NCBI GenBank assembly: GCA_963727805.1
Contig: CAVSHF010000004.1
Coordinates: forward strand, 45,132-109,131
Length of the DNA: 64,000 bases
Origin: an uncultured Nitrospiraceae bacterium
GTDB taxonomy: Bacteria > Nitrospirota > Thermodesulfovibrionia > Thermodesulfovibrionales > Dissulfurispiraceae
Direction: 5' to 3'
A model generated the notes under the pieces. The model made no database searches, had not been told where the DNA came from, and was given only the letters and a program-made list of their open reading frames with translations. Positions 58,616 to 64,000 of this stretch are shown piece after piece. The position numbers and the translations under genes were made by a program. Positions within the stretch are counted from its first letter, which is position 1; every line of letters starts with the position of its first letter.

Positions 58616-58771
58616 ATGAAAGACAAGGCATTAATAACCGAGTATAGGCGTCCTGGATATGCACAACTCCGAGCACGCTTGCATGAGCAGCGACGTTTCA
58701 TTCAGGTGGTGGCCGGGCCACGGCAGGTCAGCAAAACAACAATGGTCAGGCAGGTCCTTGAAAATCTTTAA
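58616..58771 (+). pseudogene. Truncated AAA-ATPase (AAA_14-like) fragment
   Basis: 51 aa; FIQVVAGPRQVSKTT degenerate Walker A, then stop. Confidence 0.6.
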
Positions 58772-58875
58772 AAAAAGATGATTCTCTTCTATAAGATATA
58801 ATATAATGTCAATGTACGTTCAGAAAATCCCGGGGTTTTAAATCATATACGGGGATCCCGTCCTGAAATGGTTGA

Positions 58876-61800
58876 GTGCCTTGGAAACCAGCTGCCGGAG
58901 ACCTAATGGAGCCTGATAAGACCCAGGAAGAAAAGAAGCCTGATACCCTGCTCCCTATTGTCGGCATAGGCGCGTCGGCAGGCGGCCTTCACGCCCTTGA
59001 CTGCTTTCTTGAGGCGCTGCCGAAGGATTTCGATTTCGCTGTCGTCTTCATACAACACCTTTCTCCTACGCATAAGAGCCTGATGCCTGAAATCCTCCGC
59101 CAGAAGTGGCGTGACCTTGAGTTCATAGAGATTGAAGACGGGCTTCAGTTGCTTCCCGGCAGAATCTATCTATGCCCGCCTGCTATTGAGGTCAGGGTTC
59201 AAAAAGGTGTATTTCGCATAATCGCCAGGCCTGATGAGCATATCCATTTCCCTATCGATGAGTTTCTGGTACCACTTGCCGAGGACTCTGCCGAACGTGC
59301 CATTGCCGTTGTCTTCTCCGGCGCGGGTACGGATGGAGTCCGCGGGATTCAGGCAATCAGAGCAGCGGGCGGCACCGTCTTTGTCCAGGACCCTGCCACA
59401 GCCCAATTTCCCGATTTGCCGCAAGCGGCGATCAAGACGGAGAAGGTAGACAGCGTGCTTCCTCCAGCGGATATTGCCAGGGAGATAGTGAAGCTGCTCA
59501 GTTCGGGTGCAATGACTGAGACCCCTGACAAGCTTATAACTCCGGCTGACCTGGAGCCCTTTTACCTGCTGATACGCGAAATAACCGGCCTCACCTTCAA
59601 CCATTACAAGAAGAGCGTAGTATCTCGCAGACTCAGAAGGCGGATGTACCTTCACGGGGTAATGTCCGTCAGTGAGTATCTAGATATGATTGCCAATAAA
59701 GATGAAGAAGCGGCCTTGCTCGCATCAGACCTCATGATAGGCGTCACCTCCTTTTTCCGTGACAGCCTTGCCTGGAAGTCCCTGCGTACAAGTGTGATTG
59801 AGAAGCTTGTAGTCCAGGAGGATGACACTCCCCTTCGCGTCTGGACTCCTGCCTGCGCAACGGGTGAAGAGTCCTATTCCATAGCAATGATGCTGCGCTA
59901 CGAGCTGGATCTGGCAGGTAGAAAAAGAGAACTTCAGGTCTTTGCCACCGATGTCAACGACAGGGCGCTCGAAAAAGCGAGGGAGGGCAAGTATCCTGCG
60001 AGCATCTCAGCCGATGTCCCGCAGAAGTTCATGAGGAAGTTCTTCACGCATTCAGACAACGGCGTTTCAGTTACGGTCAGTAAGGAGATGCGGCAGCACG
60101 TCATCTTCGCTAAACAGGATCTTCTCATAGATCCACCCTTTTCTCGTCTTGATCTCGTCATCTGCCGTAACCTCCTGATCTATCTCGAACCCGAGGCGCA
60201 AGAGAAATGTATCACACTCTTTCACTATGCCCTCAAGCCGGGCGGGTACCTTTTCTTAGGGAATGCCGAGTCTCCGGGCAGGAAGAGCGCATTCTTTAAA
60301 TCCCTGGCCCACGAGAAGTGCCGGGTCTATGAGAAGATAGAGATCGAGCCGTCTTCAAGGCTGCCGCTCCCCGTCCCCTTCGCTGCCGAACGAGCAACTG
60401 TCACCAGCAGACAGCAGCCAGCCTCAGATGAGAGACATTCTCTTATCCAGTTAAGCCAGGACACACTGCTTGAAACGCATGCTCCTGCTGCTGTGACAAT
60501 CGATCAGAATCATGAAATCGTTTACCATAACGGCCCCACAAAAAGATATCTGACCCAGCCCCACGGCGCACCCACCCAGAACTTGCTCGAACTCATGCCT
60601 GAAAACCTGCGGAACAGGATCAGGGGCGCTATTTACAAAGTCACACGTGAGGATAAACCCATTACCATCCGAGCCAGTATCGTCGGAGACGAAGGACAAA
60701 AACGGCAGGTGTCTATCCTTGTTTCAAAGATAAAGGACAACCTTTTTCTGTTAGTCTTCAGGGAAAAAGCAGGCCCGCCATCCGAGGCCTTGTCCGAAGC
60801 TCTTGAAGCTATATGCGTGGAAGAGCCTGCGATGCGGCAGCTCGAAATCGAGCTAACCACGACCCGGCAGGAACTGCAGACCAATATCGAACAGCTCAGA
60901 AGCATGAATGAAGAGCAGCAATCTTCAAACGAGGAGCTGCAGGCCGCGAATGAGGAACTGGAAACCTCACGGGAAGAACTCCAGTCCCTGAACGAAGAGC
61001 TTATAACTGTCAACACACAGCTTCAGGTCAAGGTAGAGGAACAGGAAGGAACGAACAACGACCTGAACAACTTCCTCGGAAGCACAAACATCCCCACCAT
61101 CTTTCTTGACCACCACTTCAGGGTGAAACGATATACACCCGCAATAACCAAGCTCATCAAGCTTATTCCGTCAGATGTGGGCCGCCAGATCATCGATATG
61201 TCCCAGGAGCATCTCGGCCCCGACCTTATCGCCGACGCTCAATCCGTTCTGGAGAATCTGGTACCGGTAAAGAAAGAGATTAAGATCAACAGCGACTGGT
61301 ATGTTCGCACCGCACTGCCCTACAGAACACTCGACAACCGAATCGAAGGAGTCGTCGTCACCTACAACGACGTCACCGAGCTCAAGCGGGCAGAAGAGCG
61401 CGCTAATCATCTTGCATCTTTCCCTCGACTGAACCCAAATCCTGTCATTGAAATCGATTCCTCGGGCAAAGTTGCCTTCTACAATCAGGGTGCCCTGAAA
61501 ACACTGGAAAGCCTGGATATGGACAAGGGGGAGGTCAATGTTTTTCTACCTCCAGACCTTGGCGCAACAATGCTCGGCTGGGACAAGGACAAGGAAACGT
61601 CTTTTCAGCGCGAGATAATTATTAAGGACCGGATTTTCGGCGAGACCATTCAGCTTGTTCCCCAGTTTGAAGTCGCACGCATTTATGCGGCTGACATCAC
61701 CGAACGCAAACGGGCCGAGGAAGAGCTGCGGAAGAGCGAGGAGCGATTCAGGTTGTTGGTCGCCGGGGTGAAGGACTATGCCATTTTCATGCTCGATCCG

Positions 61801-63189
61801 GAAGGCAGAGTCGAGACATGGAATGCAGGCGCCGAAAGCATGAAGGGATATAAAGCAGAAGAGATCATCGGGGAGCACTTCTCTAAATTCTATACTCCTG
61901 AAGACATTGCCGGGCACAAGCCGGAAAAAGAATTGAGAACCGCAATGGAAATTGGCCAGTTTGAGGAAGAAGGCTGGCGTGTGCGTAAGGATGGTTCTTC
62001 ATTCTGGGCCAGCGTGTTGATGACAGCATTGCGCGACGACAATGGAACGCTTCGCGGTTTTGCCAAGATCACAAGAGATATCACCGACCGCAAACGGGCC
62101 GAGGAGGCGCTGCATCGGCAAGCCGAGCTTTTGAAGCTTTCTTACGATGCCATCATCGTACGGCGGCTGGATGGCGGCATCGAGAGCTGGAACCGCGGCG
62201 CTGAACAGTTATACGGTTTTACCGAAAACGAGGTGCTGGGCAAGATCACCCACAAGGTGCTGGCAACCACTCATCCCAAACCGTGGGACCAGATCGAGGC
62301 AGAACTTCTCGAAAAAAGCCTGTGGGAAGGGGAGCTTCGCCACCATACGAAGGACGGTCGTGAAGTCATTGTGTCCGCCAGACATCAACTCATTAGAGGT
62401 GATGATGGTGTCGATGTGGTGCTGGAAACCAACCGTGATATCACCAACCGCAAACGGGCCGAGGAGGAAATCAATACGCTGAACAATGACCTACTTGAAA
62501 GAAATGAACAGTTAGGGGTTACGAATAAAGAGCTCGAATCTTTCATCTATTCTGTTTCCCATGACCTGCGCGGGCCGCTGCGTTCCATTTCCGGGTTCTC
62601 CGAAATGGTGATGAAGAACAATGCAGACAAACTCGACGATAAGGGGAAGCGATATCTTTCCCGTATCCACGTTGGGACAGAAAAGATGAGTCGTCTGATT
62701 GACGATCTTCTAAACCTTTCCAAAATCTCGAGGCAGGAAATCCGACGCAAGTCGATTGATCTGACCCATATGGCGTCATCCATTGTCACCGAACTGAGCG
62801 AGGCCAATCCGGGCAGGGATGTAGAAGCAGATATCGTAGAAGGCCTTACCGCCTATGTGGATCCCGGGCTGATAGAGATCGTCCTTTCGAATCTGCTTGG
62901 GAATGCATGGAAGTTCTCCTCAAAAAAGGAGCAAGCCCGCATAGAATTCGGGACTGTCGCTCAGAATGGCAAGGTCGTTTATTATGTCAGGGACAACGGA
63001 GCCGGATTCAACCAGGAGTATGCTCAGAAAATGTTTTACCCCTTCCATAGACTTCATTCGGAGGAAGCGTTTGAAGGCACCGGGATAGGCCTTGCCCTTG
63101 TTGAACGTATCATCAACCGTCATGGAGGAAAAGTCTGGGCAGAAGGCTTAGAGGGAAAAGGGGCGGCGATCTATTTCAGCTTGACCTGA
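58876..63189 (+). CDS. CheB-CheR-PAS histidine kinase fusion
   Basis: GIGASAGG/QHL/GTDG (CheB), IGVTSFFRD/CATGEE/CRNLLIY (CheR), NEEL coiled coil, several PAS domains, SHDLRGPL kinase; start may be ATG 58906. Confidence 0.92.
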   Translation: MPWKPAAGDLMEPDKTQEEKKPDTLLPIVGIGASAGGLHALDCFLEALPKDFDFAVVFIQHLSPTHKSLMPEILRQKWRDLEFIEIEDGLQLLPGRIYLCPPAIEVRVQKGVFRIIARPDEHIHFPIDEFLVPLAEDSAERAIAVVFSGAGTDGVRGIQAIRAAGGTVFVQDPATAQFPDLPQAAIKTEKVDSVLPPADIAREIVKLLSSGAMTETPDKLITPADLEPFYLLIREITGLTFNHYKKSVVSRRLRRRMYLHGVMSVSEYLDMIANKDEEAALLASDLMIGVTSFFRDSLAWKSLRTSVIEKLVVQEDDTPLRVWTPACATGEESYSIAMMLRYELDLAGRKRELQVFATDVNDRALEKAREGKYPASISADVPQKFMRKFFTHSDNGVSVTVSKEMRQHVIFAKQDLLIDPPFSRLDLVICRNLLIYLEPEAQEKCITLFHYALKPGGYLFLGNAESPGRKSAFFKSLAHEKCRVYEKIEIEPSSRLPLPVPFAAERATVTSRQQPASDERHSLIQLSQDTLLETHAPAAVTIDQNHEIVYHNGPTKRYLTQPHGAPTQNLLELMPENLRNRIRGAIYKVTREDKPITIRASIVGDEGQKRQVSILVSKIKDNLFLLVFREKAGPPSEALSEALEAICVEEPAMRQLEIELTTTRQELQTNIEQLRSMNEEQQSSNEELQAANEELETSREELQSLNEELITVNTQLQVKVEEQEGTNNDLNNFLGSTNIPTIFLDHHFRVKRYTPAITKLIKLIPSDVGRQIIDMSQEHLGPDLIADAQSVLENLVPVKKEIKINSDWYVRTALPYRTLDNRIEGVVVTYNDVTELKRAEERANHLASFPRLNPNPVIEIDSSGKVAFYNQGALKTLESLDMDKGEVNVFLPPDLGATMLGWDKDKETSFQREIIIKDRIFGETIQLVPQFEVARIYAADITERKRAEEELRKSEERFRLLVAGVKDYAIFMLDPEGRVETWNAGAESMKGYKAEEIIGEHFSKFYTPEDIAGHKPEKELRTAMEIGQFEEEGWRVRKDGSSFWASVLMTALRDDNGTLRGFAKITRDITDRKRAEEALHRQAELLKLSYDAIIVRRLDGGIESWNRGAEQLYGFTENEVLGKITHKVLATTHPKPWDQIEAELLEKSLWEGELRHHTKDGREVIVSARHQLIRGDDGVDVVLETNRDITNRKRAEEEINTLNNDLLERNEQLGVTNKELESFIYSVSHDLRGPLRSISGFSEMVMKNNADKLDDKGKRYLSRIHVGTEKMSRLIDDLLNLSKISRQEIRRKSIDLTHMASSIVTELSEANPGRDVEADIVEGLTAYVDPGLIEIVLSNLLGNAWKFSSKKEQARIEFGTVAQNGKVVYYVRDNGAGFNQEYAQKMFYPFHRLHSEEAFEGTGIGLALVERIINRHGGKVWAEGLEGKGAAIYFSLT

Positions 63190-63225
63190 ATCTGTAATTT
63201 CTATGAGAGAGTGTAATAAAAAAGA

Positions 63226-63609
63226 ATGATACTTATTGTTGATGACACTCCAGACGATATAGAGCTTACAACAATCGCGCTGGAGGCTACTAGGCGGGAA
63301 ATAAGTATACGCTCCGCCACTGACGGACAGTCCGCGCTTGCAATGCTCAAAAATGGACATGAGTTGCCCGAGCTGATATTGCTCGATCTTAAGATGCCGT
63401 GCATGGACGGCATCGAAGTGCTCCATGAAATACATGCCGAAGATCGCCTAAGAGATATACCCGTTGTGGTGGTCACATCGTCCTGTCTTGAATCGGACAG
63501 GGCGGAGGCAATTGCTGCCGGTGCCAGCGATTATATCCAGAAGCCTTTGAATTTGGGCCAATTCAGCAAAGCTTTAGAGGCTATGCTGCAGCGCTGGCTT
63601 CCAAATTAG
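63226..63609 (+). CDS. Single-domain response regulator
   Basis: IVDD, LLDLKMP-MDG, TSS, KP. Confidence 0.92.
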   Translation: MILIVDDTPDDIELTTIALEATRREISIRSATDGQSALAMLKNGHELPELILLDLKMPCMDGIEVLHEIHAEDRLRDIPVVVVTSSCLESDRAEAIAAGASDYIQKPLNLGQFSKALEAMLQRWLPN

Positions 63610-64000
63610 TATGGGACGAAACACGTAAACGACTGTTAACATATTCTTTTGGAATCCAACAATGTCGCTGTGATACGCTGAGCGTCGAGTACTTGGTGAA
63701 ATTGTCGTCCATCTATCCATAAAAAAGGCTTCATCATTTTAAAGACTTCTTCACGTAACCTTGTCGGGGTAGTGCTCGAGCCTGCGTGAATTTTCAAAAG
63801 AATCTATCGCGTGTGGTGGAAATGCTACAGTGTGATGTACAGGAAGGATTATTGAAATAAACTCAGGGTTTTTCTTGTTGGGAGTATAGGCAGGACCTCA
63901 CAGTAGTCGGGTTTTGCTAACACCTCCAAGCCAACACTTTAGCCCTCTCGCCTAATATAATGACTTCGGAAAATAACTATTGAAATCAACTTCGCGAGTA

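Noticed and set aside
58876..63609. CheB/CheR-PAS kinase as a novel system
   Set aside because: A widespread, known architecture with intact canonical motifs

Overview
Bacterial chromosomal window, probably from an anaerobic Nitrospirota/deltaproteobacteria-like organism (inferred from gene content only). 1-31 kb is mostly core genes: a PSP1-domain gene, holB, tmk, a folate-independent (MesB-like) methionine synthase, a tiny bS22-like ORF, a CoA-activase, an AT-rich sugar-modification cluster behind a type IV pilin with pilSR and pilC, folD/folE/ygfA/cooC, argDF, rpiB, glyA, nrdR, tRNA-Gln(CTG) and tRNA-Glu(CTC). From tRNA-Glu to ~58.08 kb lies a tandem array of four DNA units (~5.0, 2.6, 14.7, 4.8 kb). 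They are delimited by copies of the tRNA-Glu anticodon-loop heptamer CTCTCAA or the tRNA 3' half, with conserved fixed-length end sequences, and no integrase gene is recognisable in the window. Every unit carries a different toxin-antitoxin pair. Two units are paralogous (sigma-like gene plus AEP primase-SF2 helicase). The large unit combines a triheme cytochrome/molybdoenzyme operon with an arsenic-resistance region containing an MtrA-like corrinoid protein. The window ends with a CheB/CheR-PAS histidine kinase and a response regulator. All family calls come from motif recognition by eye; no searches were run.
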